A stretch of 64,000 bases of DNA, from assembly GCA_965113315.1 (NCBI GenBank), contig OZ220365.1; one strand, given 5' to 3'. Below, piece after piece: positions 36,159 to 49,331 of this stretch. This DNA comes from Podarcis vaucheri (Eukaryota). The position numbers and the translations under genes are program-made. The notes beneath the pieces are model-generated. The model saw only the letters and a program-made list of their open reading frames with translations, was not told where the DNA came from and ran no database searches. Position 1 is the stretch's first letter. Each line of letters starts with the position of its first letter.

Positions 36159-36269
36159 AAAAGGAAGACCAGTGTCTCATGCCTGAAGCCTGGAATGTGG
36201 ACCAGGGAGTAATAACCAAACTGAAGGAACAATACAAAAAGGAGCGCAAGGGGAAAAAGGGGGTGAAGA
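36159..36269 (+). CDS. STRN: STRN exon 8 (111 nt, symmetric phase 1)
   Basis: gtctag|EKEDQCLMPEAWNVDQGVITKLKEQYKKERKGKKGVK|gtaagt. Confidence 0.95.
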
Positions 36270-37357
36270 GTAAGTGGAAAACATTGCACCTTAAAATTCA
36301 TAAATTCCTGCCTCTTTTCACTTCACCAATACTATCTTTCTTTCAATGTTTTCCTCAAACTACTTACTCTTTTACTTTGCTGCTCCTGACTGCTTTCCTG
36401 TTCACAGTTACCAGGGGTGGAAATTAATGATACTTTAAATCCAAAGGTGTTGGGGTCATTGCTTTTATCCAGTTGGATAAAGTATCGGGGTGGGGAGGAA
36501 TGCTTTTAAAATATTAATGTTTAATTTTTGGCTACCATAAAACACTTCTTGTTAAGGTTTGTCCAAACCAGCCAATTTTTGCTTGACTTAGAGACCATAG
36601 AGGCTGTTGTTGATTGTGTGATCTCTCTTGGTTTGTATTTCTGGGAATCTTTGTGCAGAACTTAATGCTTCAGTAAATGATTGCTAATCATTCCATCTAA
36701 TTTTTGAAGTTAGTTTAGTCTGTGCGTGCAGCCTGTCATTTACAGTGGGCAATGCAAATTGGATCAGGAGAACCATTCAGCTATTTTCACGTACCCAAGG
36801 ATTTGGGTTTGCATTTGCTTTTATTGAAGAGCGTTCCCCAATGCTACCTGGCAAAACGCTTTTGAAACTGAGGGAGAGTGAAAAATGTTCTGATAGCATG
36901 CAAGAAGTTACTTGCCATGCACAGGCCTTTGGACTAACCTGATCCCATCACTTGATACGTTCAACTGTTTATTTCCCTTTGGCAGCCCTGAGACAACTCC
37001 TTCCAAACATAGCAAACAGCTTTGTATGAAGTTATAAACTTTGCCATCCAGTGGAAATACCTCATGCACCCCCTCAGCACATCTGACAAGTTAGGGTGTA
37101 TATAGGAGGGTGTACGGTGCATATATTTAGCAGTTGCTGTTTTTTTTAAAAAAGAAATAATATAGTTCTGGGAGAAGAAGAGGAGATGTATGTACTGCAA
37201 ACCTGTAAAGAGCAGCTCATGAGACAAGCAGATAACTGAATCTTTGGTCTGGACATACCCTTAACTAGAAGCGAAAGATAAAAGCAAATTAATTTCTACC
37301 CTTGTTTCTATGTAATGTTTGCTACATGCAAGTCATGCTATCCTCATAATTTGAATG

Positions 37358-37505
37358 CAGGGCTCGAAATGGGGGGAGGTGGAATCTTACCAGGCTTTTA
37401 ATAATATCAGTAAGTCCTCATCAAACTTCGCCTAATTCGGTTGAGTGCTATTTTTATACCAGGCAAACAATTGGATCGGTATTTGAAGTTTAATTTCTAG
37501 CCCTG
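37358..37505. mobile_element. Short MITE remnant, probably hAT
   Basis: TIRs CAGGGCTCGAAAT / ATTTCTAGCCCTG (12/13); no clear TSD. Confidence 0.5.
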
Positions 37506-39048
37506 TGTGTCATACTTCCTTTCTGTGTTACATCTCTTACAATATAAATCCATTACGTAGAAGCTGTGTGCTCAAAATGTGCAATGCAACCCTTTCAGAT
37601 GTTTAATATGAAAATCCTAGGTTTATATGTCATACACAGCAGTTGTATTCTGAAAATTTGGGTAGCAATTATATGGAACAAATGCACACAGAAATCAAGA
37701 TTAACAAAAAAAATGTAAGATGCTTAATTTTTAATGTTAGTCTTTGCAAAATTGATTTAAAAATTACAGTATTAGCTTTCCCCATTATTCTTGGGGAGGA
37801 CTTTGCTAAATGCTAGCTTTCAGCATGTTGCAGAGGCTTTTGGTCTGTGCAGCCTTGTAGTGTTAGCACTGTTAAGATCATAGAACAGATAATTTTTCAG
37901 CTAAAAAATATTATGATTGGATCACAGTACCAAATTTTGGTAGCGTCAGAATATATTTGGTGATTACTTGTGGGCCTAATGGCAAAAGGCACAATAGAGT
38001 CTGAAATCTGGATGAATATATTCCTCTATTTTGTTGCTCAAATTGCAATACTCATTCATCATGCATTTACAAACCTGAGAGAAAGTCCTCCTTACATAAG
38101 CTATTCCTTCTGCTGTGTTTAATATGGTAAACTCTAAAATATGATACCTGGCAAGTTACCTGTATTTTCCCTAGATGTTGTAGGGAAAGGCGGAGATACA
38201 GGTCTCCCTCCTTGAATTTTTTGAGAGTGCTTTACTGAAGCATAACCACTTCATTGATTCCCTGTATTCTACATCTGAGTATTGAAAAGAAGGAAGTGGA
38301 TAATCCTATTTATTAAGTTTTTTGGTTATGGAGAAATGCTTCAGCAGCAATAACACAAGTAACTTGTCCCTGTCACCTTGCAAACCATTCTTTCAAAGTG
38401 CTGTACATTGTGTATTCCTCCAAAACATCATTTAAGGGTTAGCCACTTTTCTGGGACAATGTCCAGATCTCCTGGCAGCCTGCCACATTCTGTTTTGTTT
38501 TAAAACCCTAAGGCTTCTGCCAGCCCACCCAGTTCAGCTAAGGGGACTGGGACAGGCTTTACGCTGGCCGAATGAAGTCCTATCCATTGATCCTAAGGCC
38601 TACTTCAGGAGTATTCATTCTCCTGTTCATCGGTGCTGGCCCATAGTATGAGGGGACATGCTCTTGCCTTAGTCATTGCTACAAGATCTAGTAATTCAAG
38701 TTCTTTACTAGATTCCTCATTGTGAGGTTTGGCAAATTGCTTTTCCCTTTTCCATTCATTCCTCGCCACCCAAAAAATATCAGAATTTGGGTCTCACTAC
38801 AAGCTTGTTAAATGTTGAGACTCATGCATAGAACATGGATAGATAAGTGGTCTGAATATCATAGGTAGCATAGGCCACAGGAGTTTATGTCACTTTGCAT
38901 TAGAGCATGGGCCTCTGCAACTCGTCATGCTGAATCCAGCCCACTAGCAACATAGGCTGGAGCTACATTGATCTGTAAAACCATTAATTAAAAATAATGT
39001 TATATATCACTCAATCCATTTTTCCATTGCTGGCGACTCGCAGCTCTG

Positions 39049-39066
39049 CAGCGCCCCCTGGTGTCA
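39049..39066. promoter_or_regulatory. Candidate CTCF binding site
   Basis: CAGCGCCCCCTGGTGTCA closely matches the CTCF core consensus. Confidence 0.6.
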
Positions 39067-40689
39067 CATTTTTATAACATATTTTTAACGTTATAACCTA
39101 CCAGTGTAGGTTAGTCCCTAGTGTAGCCTGCCAGAGGCTCTCACTTTAAAACTATTTTTTTGCTCCCTACCTAAAACTAAAAGAACTGAGGTGGGGGCTG
39201 CCAAATGCCAAGCAGGTCATGATTGGTGGAATGTGTTTCATTTGGTGAGTAGCAGACTATTGATCAGGATGAGATAAAATTAAAACACAGAGGACTGCAT
39301 GAAGTTGCTGCTCAATAGAGTGGCATACCTGGCAGAAAAGAAATAGATTTTTAAATTTGAGATGAGGCATTTGTTTTGACTGGAAATTATTATGTGTATA
39401 ATGAAATTGGGTTTTAAAACCATTCCACTATTCTTTCTGAACTAAAGAACTAAATGTTTAAACAAGAGTGATGGATGAAAGAATGGAATTTGCTTCCCCC
39501 TCTCCCAGCTTTTCCCGATATGAAAAATAACTGGTTATGAATCTTAATTAAATGAAATCAAGAAGCGTTTTGCCATTACAGAAATTAAGCATCTGCTCAG
39601 GGCCAACACTCTTGGAAGATGCATCAGTTATGCATAATCTAGAATAGTTTGTAACTGTGATAAATCAGTTATATTTGGTGACAGAAAGGTTAAAAGTGGA
39701 AATCTAGGGGCATGAATGTTCAGCTGTAAAGCATATATAACTTTAATGAATGTGCACACCTATAGAATTTTGTATATTTGCAGACAAGCACTTCTGTTAT
39801 AGTCTTGCAAAATCCTGAATTGTTTGTCTGCAACAAATATCAGTCGTTACAAATCGTTGTTATTATTATGGCAGGATTTGGACCGAATAATTTGAGGAAA
39901 GTGCTGTGATTTTGCTAGGCTGTTGTAAAAAGTCCTTGTGAAGTGTGCTAAGTTCAGACCTGTCTTAGAATACACTTTAAGGTGACTAGAAATAGTTATA
40001 TTATTTAGTAGATTAGGAAAAACGGTTATGGACTGTGGGTAAGATATTTTCCCATTCTTAATTAAACTTACAACAGGAAAAACTACCGAAGATATGTTTC
40101 AGCCTCAGTCCTATATAAAACAGTCAAAACAGGGATGTGGGAAAATGATGGAGCAAAATGCAGGTAAGTTTTGAGAAGGGCATGGGTTTTCACCACATGT
40201 AGTTTCAGGGAGAACAAAACCAGCGACTCTTGCTTGATTGTTTTTGTTTTTCAATTTTTTAAAGTAATTGTCATTGTTTAGATTGTGGCACAGTCACAGC
40301 CCTGCACAATTTTGTGAAAGTTTGAAAACTTGTGCAAAAAATTCAACTCACAAGTGTTACAGTCTTTGGAAAAATAAAATTATTTTTTGTTTTATTTGCT
40401 GTCACTTGGATGCATTTTACATTTCTCAAGCAAGTCCATGCAGTGAACAGAAGTGTGTGTGCAAAACCTCAGTTTTCATCACTTCCTTCTTAAAGCACTT
40501 CATTTCATGCCATAAATTTAGTTACTGGTGGAAGTAGGAATCATTATTTGACTCACGTTCATCTTTTTCTTTTGCTATAAATAGCACTCATTGTCATTAT
40601 TGTTGGTGCAACTTGTTAGTTAATAGTAACACTACTTTTATTAATGTTTGCAAAACTCCCCCCCCCCACATTTTGTTGTTTTTGGCCAG

Positions 40690-40833
40690 GGCCCAACAGG
40701 TCAAAACTACAAGATATGCTTGCTAACTTGAGAGATGTTGATGATCTGCCTGGATTACAACAGTCAGCCATGTCTCTCACCAGATCCAGTACTTCACGGC
40801 TTATTGAACAAGAAATCAATAGAACAGATGAAG
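40690..40833 (+). CDS. STRN: STRN exon 9 (144 nt, symmetric phase 1)
   Basis: ggccag|RPNRSKLQDMLANLRDVDDLPG...EINRTDE|gtgagg. Confidence 0.95.
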
Positions 40834-41263
40834 GTGAGGGCTGCTGCTGTGTGTGTGTGTGTTTGTGTGTAAGGGGTGCATTAGAGCTATTGCTTGAGAA
40901 AACGAGGCCTAATCAGGACTGCCAGACCTCTCTATTTTGGCCAAACTACACCCCTTGGGGCCCTAAATTGAAAGGGTGTTTTGCAGGCACCTTTGATGGG
41001 TTGATCAAGTAGTGCTTGCAAAATAGGGCTTTGGAAGGTGCTTCTGAAGGCCTCTGCAGTCACCTGACATCATTGTGACATTCAGGCCCTACAGGTCTGA
41101 TGGCTGGGGGAAATAACAATCTGACATTTTTGGCCAAAAAGGGTCCCTACTCCTGAATTAAAGGAATCTGAACTAGCTTTTGCCTATTATTCTGTCAGCT
41201 TTGTATATGTGTTCTGAAGCGAAGATGTTTTTTAGATGATGCATGATAACCTTACAAGAAGTA

Positions 41264-41752
41264 CCGTATTCTTCGCCCTATAGGACGCACCTGGATTGGG
41301 GGGGGGATAAAGGAAAAAAATCTTATTCCCCCGCCCCAGGCTTGGGGCTGGGGCGGGGGAAGCCCGAGCTTCCCCCGACGCCAGCCCCCAGAACAGGCTG
41401 CCGCCCGCAAGCCTTGCGAGCCCGGCAGGACCTCCCGCCGGCCGCGCAAGGCTTGCGGACATCTGCCCGAAGCACGGGGCATGCTCCGCAGCGCGTCCCG
41501 TGCTTCGGACTGCAGGCTGCTGCCCCAAGCCTTGCGAGCCCATCGGGACCTCCCGCCGGGCGCGCAAGACTTGCGGACATCTGCCCGAAGCTGCAGGCTG
41601 CAGCTTCCGCCCCAAGCTTTGCGGATAGCTTCCTGAAGCCTGGAGAGCGAGAGGGGTCGGTGCGAAAGCCTGCATTCGCCCCATAGGACGCACACACATT
41701 TCCCCTTCATTTTTTGGCGGGGAAAAAGTGCGTCCTATAGGGCGAAAAATAC

Positions 41753-41754
<2 letters not shown>
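41264..41754. mobile_element. Tc1/mariner (pogo/Tigger-like) MITE with CpG-rich internal repeats
   Basis: TA|CCGTATTCTTCGCCCTATAGGACGCAC ... GTGCGTCCTATAGGGCGAAAAATACGG|TA; internal ~68-bp direct repeat near 41405 and 41524. Confidence 0.92.

Positions 41755-41802
<48 letters not shown>
41755..41802. repeat. (TAA)n microsatellite, tail of a minus-strand L2-type 3' end that follows
   Basis: taataataa... followed by tttatttatatcccgccctcccc. Confidence 0.85.
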
Positions 41803-41804
<2 letters not shown>

Positions 41805-42454
41805 TTTATTTATATCCCGCCCTCCCCAGCTGAGCCGGGCTCAGGGTGGCTAACAACAATCAAATAAACAATCAAATAATAACACATTCTAAAAATATTT
41901 CATTATAAAAATTAGTTAAAATCAAATTGATGGCAACCGATTAAACAAAATTCTGTGCAGGTTCCTTCCTATGTGAAAACAAAGGGGAAATCACAAGATG
42001 GAGCTTCCTACCTGTGGTTTTTATAATTATTTGTATTACAAATACATATGCTATACATTTCTCTTTAAAAAGAAATCTCCCCCAATCTGTTGTCCAAATA
42101 TTTGGGGGCATCTTTTTAGCTGATTAAATGTTCTTAATCAGTTACTCCAACTAAGAGTTGATTAAATGCTCCATCCTTTCTTTGTATACATACTAGCAAA
42201 CTTCCTTCCTTTAAGTTTTGCAAATCTGCTGTTGTGCATGGTAATTCTTATGAGTAAAGTGCCGTGGGAAGATCGCAAGACTACTATGTCCTGAAAATTT
42301 TAACTTTGCTAGTATTTTTCAAGCGCATGGCAAATTACAGAACCAACTCTTAATGCACCTTACCAATACATAAAGCAGGAGTGGATTAATGGTAGATCTG
42401 GATCTACTGGAAGCTCTGGATGATTTGAAGCAGAGTGACAAGGATTCTGACTAG

Positions 42455-42527
42455 TGTTGTTGTTTAGTTGTGTCTGACACTTCGTGACCCCATGGACCAG
42501 AGCACGCCAGGCACTCCTGTCTTCCAC
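42455..42527 (-). mobile_element. Bov-B (RTE) LINE 3' terminal fragment
   Basis: tgttgttgtttagttgtgtctgacacttcgtgaccccatggaccagagcacgccaggcactcctgtcttccac. Confidence 0.7.
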
Positions 42528-43662
42528 AATGGCAACAAAATGACCGCCTTAAATTATGCTGCTAGAATGAAGAAAATTGGAGGCAAGGAGTATATTAGAA
42601 GAAAGGAAGTAAGGCATGTGGGTGGGTGAAGAGAAGCAAGCAGCCAGGAATAGATTTTTGTGTGGAAGGACTGTGAGCTTACATAAGTTTTGGTGCTCAG
42701 AATAAATGTTTGGATTCAGAAGACTTTAATTCCAGGTGCTTATCTTTTGCACCAGTCTCTAGTTGATAGATATTGGAGGGGAAAATTAAGCAAGTCCTGA
42801 AAACCCGAAAACATATAAAACCTGAAAACATATATAAAAACATCACCATTCCACTGTCAACTAGCTAAATAATTGGTTTTCTTTAGCATGTCTTCCAAGA
42901 AAGCCCTTTTGATTTTGTGTTAAACTTAACCTTGCTAAGTTTAAGGGGCAGTTTACACTCGATGAGCATTCCAGCATGCAAATGAAGGTACCATTTGTGT
43001 AGACCGGCACGTCCCCATGGGTGCTTTCCATTTCAGTTATTGTGGATGACACTTTTTGAGAGGCTGCAGTTGCAGAAGTTGCAGCTGATTCTGCCTCAGA
43101 GGTAATAATGCCTCCAACTTGAACGCTGCCAGATACCGGCCCTGAAATCTCCCAGTTGCCAATTGCAAAGCCACCTCTAGTCGTGAACTGGATCCAACTT
43201 CCTCTGTTTAAAATTGCTGTCTGGGCATATTTATAAATAGAAAATATGTATTCGTCATGTAATGGCTACTAGTCTGATTAAAACAGCTTCTGCTGACTGC
43301 ATTTTAAGAAGTGGATGTAGCACACTCCATGGAACAAGGGCAGCAGAACACTGAAGGATCAACAGCCCACATGCTTAAAATATATGCTTTGAAAGACAAA
43401 ATGTTACTTAGCAACACTTTGAGAAGTGGGGGGAAATCTCCTTTTGCTTGGAACATTTTTCCCCCATCCCACGTTGGGTTCACTGCTGGAAAGGCCTAGG
43501 TGGTAGTTTTTCTACAATTGCTCAGTTGGGTGTCCTGAGCTTTCAGTCTCAGCATTGCTTTGACCTTCACACAATTGGGATGAAGGCTACCTTCGATTTT
43601 TGAATGGGTGTTCAATGTTTTGGCAAACTTACGGCAAGATTTAGGGCTTTTACAGGTGATCT

Positions 43663-44017
43663 AAGGGACGCAGGTGGTGCTGTGGGTAAAACCTCAGTGC
43701 CTAGGACTTGCTGATCGTAAGGTCGGCGGTTTGAATCCCCGCGGCGGGGTGCGCTCCCGTTGCTCGGTCCCAGCGCTTGCTAACCTAGCAGTTCGAAAGC
43801 ACCCCCGGGTGCAAGTAGATAAATAGGGACAGCTTTCTAGCGGGAAGGTAAACAGCGTTTCCATGTGCTGTGCTGGCTTGCCAGATGCAGCTTGTCACGC
43901 TGGCCATGTGACCCGGAAGTGTCTCCGGACAGCGCTGGCCCCCGGCCTCTTAAGTGAGATGAGCGCACAACCCTAGAGTCTGTCAAGACTGGCCCGTACG
44001 GGCAGGGGTACCTTTAC
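43663..44017 (+). mobile_element. Full-length Sauria SINE
   Basis: 5' gggacgcaggtggtgctgtggg, B-box ggtttgaatcccc, 3' (ACCTTT)n tail; 16-bp TSD CTTTTACAGGTGATCT (43647-43662, 44018-44033). Confidence 0.9.
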
Positions 44018-44480
44018 CTTTTACAGGTGATCTCCCCTCCCCCCAGCCACTGCCATGTACTGTTTTTACTTTGTTGCATTTTCCTAGCATTTAGAATGCA
44101 ATATTTTTATTTTTTAGGAAAATATGAATGTGACCCACCCCCTTTTCGGCCCCATTGAATTTTGGGCTGAATATTTCATTCTCCCTTTGGAATCAATGGG
44201 ACTACCTGAAAGCATCAGGGTGAACTTGGATCAGGCCCATCTAATCCAGACTCTGGTCCCACAGTGGCCAACCAGATGCTCCAAAGGATGCTTACAAGCA
44301 GAACCTGAGCACAGCACTCATCCCACCTGCGATGCAACTGGTATTCAGAGGGCACGGTGGAACTTAGCCTCCGTGGCTAGTAGTCATTGATCGCCTTTTC
44401 CGCTATGAATTTGTCTAATCTTTTCAAGTCGTCAGAATTAGAGTGGCCACCCCTGCGTTTTGTAGGAGTGGATTGCATAG

Positions 44481-44482
<2 letters not shown>

Positions 44483-44525
<43 letters not shown>

Positions 44526-44680
44526 TAATTTATTTGTACCCCGCCCATCTGACTGGGTTGCCCCAGCAACTCTGGGCAACTTCCAGCACATATAAAAACA
44601 TAATAAAACATTACACCTTAAAAAGCTTCACCATACAGGGCTGCCTTCAGATGTTTCCTAAATGTCATCTCCTTGACATC
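44483..44680 (-). mobile_element. L2 LINE 3' end with (TAA)n tail
   Basis: Similar to 47420-47600. Confidence 0.8.
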
Positions 44681-44954
44681 GGAAGTCTCTTGCACAAATA
44701 TTAGTGCCATCAGCCAAACAGTATTTCCTTTTTTAGTGCTTAATCGTTTTGAACAATTCTGAAGAAATCAGCTTCCGAGGTATGTGTATTTAAGAACTTT
44801 ATTTCTGGCAAAAATTGGATTCTGCTGGTGCTGATTTGCGCATGTTAATTTCACTTTGTTTTGTAAAGAGCTTACTCTACTGAATTTCAATTGAACTGCT
44901 TATGCCAAGCTTCTGATTGTATGGAGTACTTAACTTTCATTTCTTCTCTTTCAG

Positions 44955-45091
44955 TGGAAGCTTTAACATTCCCTCCTTCATCCGGAAAGTCTTTCATTAT
45001 GGGAGCAGATGAGGCCCTTGAAAACGAGCTGGGTCTTGGGGAACTAGCAGGCCTAACAGTAGCCAACGAGGCAGATTCTCTGACGTACGAT
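44955..45091 (+). CDS. STRN: STRN exon 10
   Basis: tttcag|VEALTFPPSSGKSFIMGADEALENELGLGELAGLTVANEADSLTYD|gtaagt. Confidence 0.96.
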
Positions 45092-45152
45092 GTAAGTGCT
45101 AGTTTGTCACTGTTGCCTCTGTTTTTCAACAGGTAAAAATTGTGATAGGAAA

Positions 45153-45330
45153 ATAGGAAGAAGCTGCCTTATAATGAGTCATTGTTCCATCTAGCCCAGT
45201 CCTGTCTACACTGACTGGGAGAGGCTCTCCAGGGTTTTGGACCAGAGTCTTTCCTAGCCCTATATGGAAATCCTGGGGCTTGGACCTTCTCTATGGAAAG
45301 CAGGTGCTTTACCACTGAGTTACGGTCCTT
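45153..45330 (-). mobile_element. Squamate tRNA-derived SINE
   Basis: ataggaagaagctgccttata..ccatctagcccagtcctgtctacactgactgg..ggaccttctctatggaaagcaggtgctttaccactgagtta. Confidence 0.65.
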
Positions 45331-47027
45331 TTGATCTACCTTATAGGATTGTTACAAGGACATTTCCTCAAGGTAGGAGTGCTGCATGATGCTCTGAAAG
45401 TCACAATAAGCCCAAACGTCTGGCTCACTGGCTGCTACAGCCTTCTCCACTCCCTCTGTCGCTTCTGTGATCTCTGCTTCCTCCTCTGCTTTTTCGTTCC
45501 CTCTTCCTCCCCACCTTTTTTCCTGATTTTCTTCCGAAACCCTTCCATTGGTGAAATGGTTGAGCAGCACTGTGGCAACAATAGGGCATCTGCTACCTGT
45601 TTGCAAAGACATGCAAATCAACATGGCTGGAGTGGCTGCAGTGCCATCTATAGGCAATTCTGACCTCTGCAGCTCAACCCTTTGAGTGCAGCTGTGTTCC
45701 TTCGCTTTGCAGTGGGAGGGAGAATGTTCTTTCTCTATCCTAGGTGCCAGACCTAATAGTATGGTTCCTTTGGTGACCAGACTTCTGGAATGTTGTGTTC
45801 CTGTACAATGCGTAGTTTGGAAAAATCATAATTTAACATGTAAGATTAATAAAACATGCAACCATGCAAACATGCAAGAATATGAAAGCTTGCATTCACA
45901 AGGGCGCTCTGCCATTTATCTCTTTAGCAATCGATTCTCATAAGTATAATCTGTTTACAGTCCTACAAATGATGTCTATGCTGTGCTGATCCCTGAACTA
46001 CTTAAAGCTGCCTTAAGTAGAGGATGTTCTTTTACAGGACAATGCTCTGATGTGGCAGTAGTTATTTTAAAATTGGAAGTGGCTGCTCTTTCCAGTGCAT
46101 GGCCAGTGATTTCCAGTGCATGATGAATGATTTATTGCTGACCATTTATTGCATACACTTCCAAAAGCTTTTCAGAGGCACTGAATGGGTTACTTTCCAT
46201 ATGAATTTATCAACTTGTTGGAGTCATCAGCCGAGGCCTTCCTTTCTATCTCACAAGCATTGGTGTTGCCTTGAGACAGGGCTTTTTCAGGAGCAGTGTT
46301 CAGACTTATTTTGCCAGCTGTTCATTATTGATTAATGATTGCATTGTATTTTGCTGATCCATGCTGTGCTTTTATTACAGTTTTCATCTGGTATTTTAAT
46401 GTAGTGATTTTGGATTGTATCTTTCCATTTTGCAAGCTACTTGGGATGAAAAAGTGGAATAGACATGAAATAAATGGTGAAGCATGTTTTAAAGAAGGAA
46501 TTGGAAGGAAGCTCTTTTTGCAGATATTTAAAGAAGCCACCTCTTTGTGTGGATGAAATAGTAGGGAGGAGGGCAGAAAGTATGCGGACATCCAAGAATA
46601 TACACAGGCTTTTATGGGAAAGGGGAGCAAAGAGAAATTGATGAGAAGAGGGGAAGAGGAAAATGACGGGCAGAGCTTGAAGTTTATTGATACAGCTGCC
46701 AACTATTCATAAGGCATGCTGTGTATTTCTTAAAAGAGAATGCTTGTCCCCTCAAGGTTCCATCTCATGCTGTTTTGCAGGCAACACTGTTAGAATGAGG
46801 AAATACAGGTCATGCTGCTCTTGACGTTTTTTTGTTGTTGTTGACTTTAATGACTGGAGGGTTAACTTTAATAGGAAAAAACAGTTGCATCTCTATTTTT
46901 TCTTGTTACTTTTTCTTCCACATAGTCCAAACTCAGCATTTGATAGCAGGAAAATGAAATACCATCTGTTTTGATAGTTCCCCGCCTCACATTGGCTAAA
47001 CTGAAGCTTTTGTTTTTATTACCACAG

Positions 47028-47203
47028 ATAGCAAACAATAAAGATGCACTGAGGAAGACCTGGAACCCCAAATTCACCTTAAGGAGTCATTTTGATGGAA
47101 TAAGAGGTCTTGCTTTCCATCCAGTTGAACCTGTGTTAATTACTGCATCCGAAGACCATACATTGAAAATGTGGAATTTACAGAAAACATCTCCAGCAAA
47201 AAA
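47028..47203 (+). CDS. STRN: STRN exon 11 (first WD40)
   Basis: ccacag|IANNKDALRKTWNPKFTLRSHFDGIRGLAFHPVEPVLITASEDHTLKMWNLQKTSPAKK|gtaaga. Confidence 0.97.
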
Positions 47204-47419
47204 GTAAGAATCTGATTGTTAAAAGATATGTGGAGATTAATTTTTTAGACTAATCATTGTAGAAACATGGTAGCAACATAATGACTAGTTTAGGCCTGAT
47301 TAATCCTCTCAAGGATAAATATTACCTGCTGACTCACTTATTGGGTTAAGGAATATTGTTTCTCTTCCAGAATGCATGCCAGTTAGATTTAAACGTTATA
47401 AACATTTATAAGTCTTATA

Positions 47420-48352
47420 AATAATAATGATAATAATTTATTTGTACCCCGCCCATCTGGTTGGGTTTCCCCAGCCACTCTGGGCGGCTTCCATAGAAAC
47501 CAAAAAACACTAAAATATCACACATTAAAAACTTTCCTGAACAGGGCTGCCTTAAGATGTCTTCTGAATGTCAGGTAGTTGTTTATCGCTTTGACATCTG
47601 ATGGGAGGGCGTTCCACAGGGCGGGCGCCACCACTGAGAAGGCCCTCTGCCTGGTTCCCTGTAGCTTCGCTTCTCGTAATGAGGGAACCGCCAGAAGGCC
47701 CTCGGCGCTGGACCTCAGCGTCTGGGCAGAACGATGGGGGTGGAGACGCTCCTTCAGGTATACTGGACCGAGGCTGTTTAGGGCTTTAAAGGTCAACACC
47801 AGAACTTTGAATTGTGCTCGGAAACGTACTGGGAGCCAATGTAGGTCTTTCAAGACCGGTGTTATGTGGTCTCGGCGGCTGCCCCCAGTCACCAGTCTAG
47901 CTGCCGCATTCTGGATTATTTGTAGTTTCCGAGTCTCCTTCAAAGGTAGCCCCACGTAGAGCGCATTGCAGTAGTCCAAGCGGGAGATAACCAGAGCATG
48001 CACCACTCTGGCGAGACAGTCCGCGGGCAGGTAGGGTCTCAGCCTACGTACCAGGTGGAGTTGGTAGACAGCTGCCCTGGATACAGAATTGACCTGTGCC
48101 TCCATGGACAGCTGTGAGTCCAAAATGACTCCCAGGCTGCGCACCTGGTCCTTCAGGGGCACAGTTACCCCATTCAGGACCAGGGAGTCCTCCACACCAG
48201 CCCGCCCCCTGTCCCCCAAAAACTACTTCTGTCTTGTCAGGATTCAACTTCAATCCATTAGCCGCCATCCATCCAGGACTTTCACCGCCTTCACTGGTTC
48301 TGATTTGAAAGAGAGGTAGAGCTGGGTATCATCTGCATATTGATGGACACCC
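47420..48352 (-). mobile_element. Young 5'-truncated L2-clade LINE (RT C-terminus, frameshifted near 48220)
   Basis: YADDTQLY, NGLKLNPDKTE, VRSLGVILDSQL, ISRLDYCNALYVGLP, QNAAARL, HITPVLKDLHWLPV; (TAA)-rich tail. Confidence 0.92.
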
Positions 48353-48589
48353 ATCCATAAATGGCGCGTGTATATGTATATATGTGATTGTGTATCATAT
48401 CAAATTATATAAAAGCAAATAAAGGTCCTATTTAAGTAACAACCTGTTGCCATTATAAGAAAAGGGAACTTATTCATAGTCTTCACTATTCTCCTATAGC
48501 TCAAGAATCTTAGGAAGGATCAGTTGGTATTTACAGGGGGGGGGGAGAGGTAGCTGTTGCCGCAACAAGAATTGCTTGCTTCTGTGAAT

Positions 48590-48890
48590 ATTCATTAGAA
48601 TGCTGCGGGTAGACCAGTGAAGGGGGCAGACTACCTCCAACACATGACACTGGTGTTAAAAGACCTGCACTGGCTTCCTGTGTACTATTGAGCCAAGTTC
48701 AGGGTTCTTCTGCTAGTGTACAAAACCCTGAATAACCTAGGCCCAGCATAACTTAACCCCAAGTTAATTACTGGGATCATCGGAGGGAGCCCTTCCCACA
48801 GGAAGTTCGACAAACACCATCTCTGCCCCTACTAAATCTCGGGACTCTTGGTCAAAACTGTTTTATCTGAGGAGGCCTTTGCTTGAATGT
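48590..48890 (+). mobile_element. Older decayed L2 fragment, opposite orientation to its neighbour
   Basis: agaatgctgcgggtagac..acatgacactggtgttaaaagacctgcactggcttcctgt..gccaagttcagggttctt. Confidence 0.7.
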
Positions 48891-49331
48891 TTCTCAGATG
48901 TTTTACTTTGGGGGGGGGAAAAGAAAATTATTGAGTTTTAAAGTTTTAGAGGTTTTAATTTATGTTTAAAATTTTGAATATTGTATATTTTGTTGTTTTG
49001 TAAGCCTCTTCAAGACCTACATGATGAAAAGTGGGATATACATAAATACATACTGTATATACACACATAAAATAGCTTTGCAAGAGCCACATTTTTTGTT
49101 TTTTTCCTTACACAGTATATAAGCTATTGGTGGTTGGCCACTGAAATCAGCTGTTGCTGATTCTTTCACAGTCCTTTTTGATTCTTTGTTTGTTTGATTA
49201 TGATTTTTACAAGAACAAGAACTGCCTGCCTGTGGCTTATAAAAAGTGGGGAGGGGCAAAGAGGAGGAGTCAGGGACACTTAGTGTGAATGTGGAGATAA
49301 AAGTATTCAAAGGCTTCCTGTGAGTTTAGGC

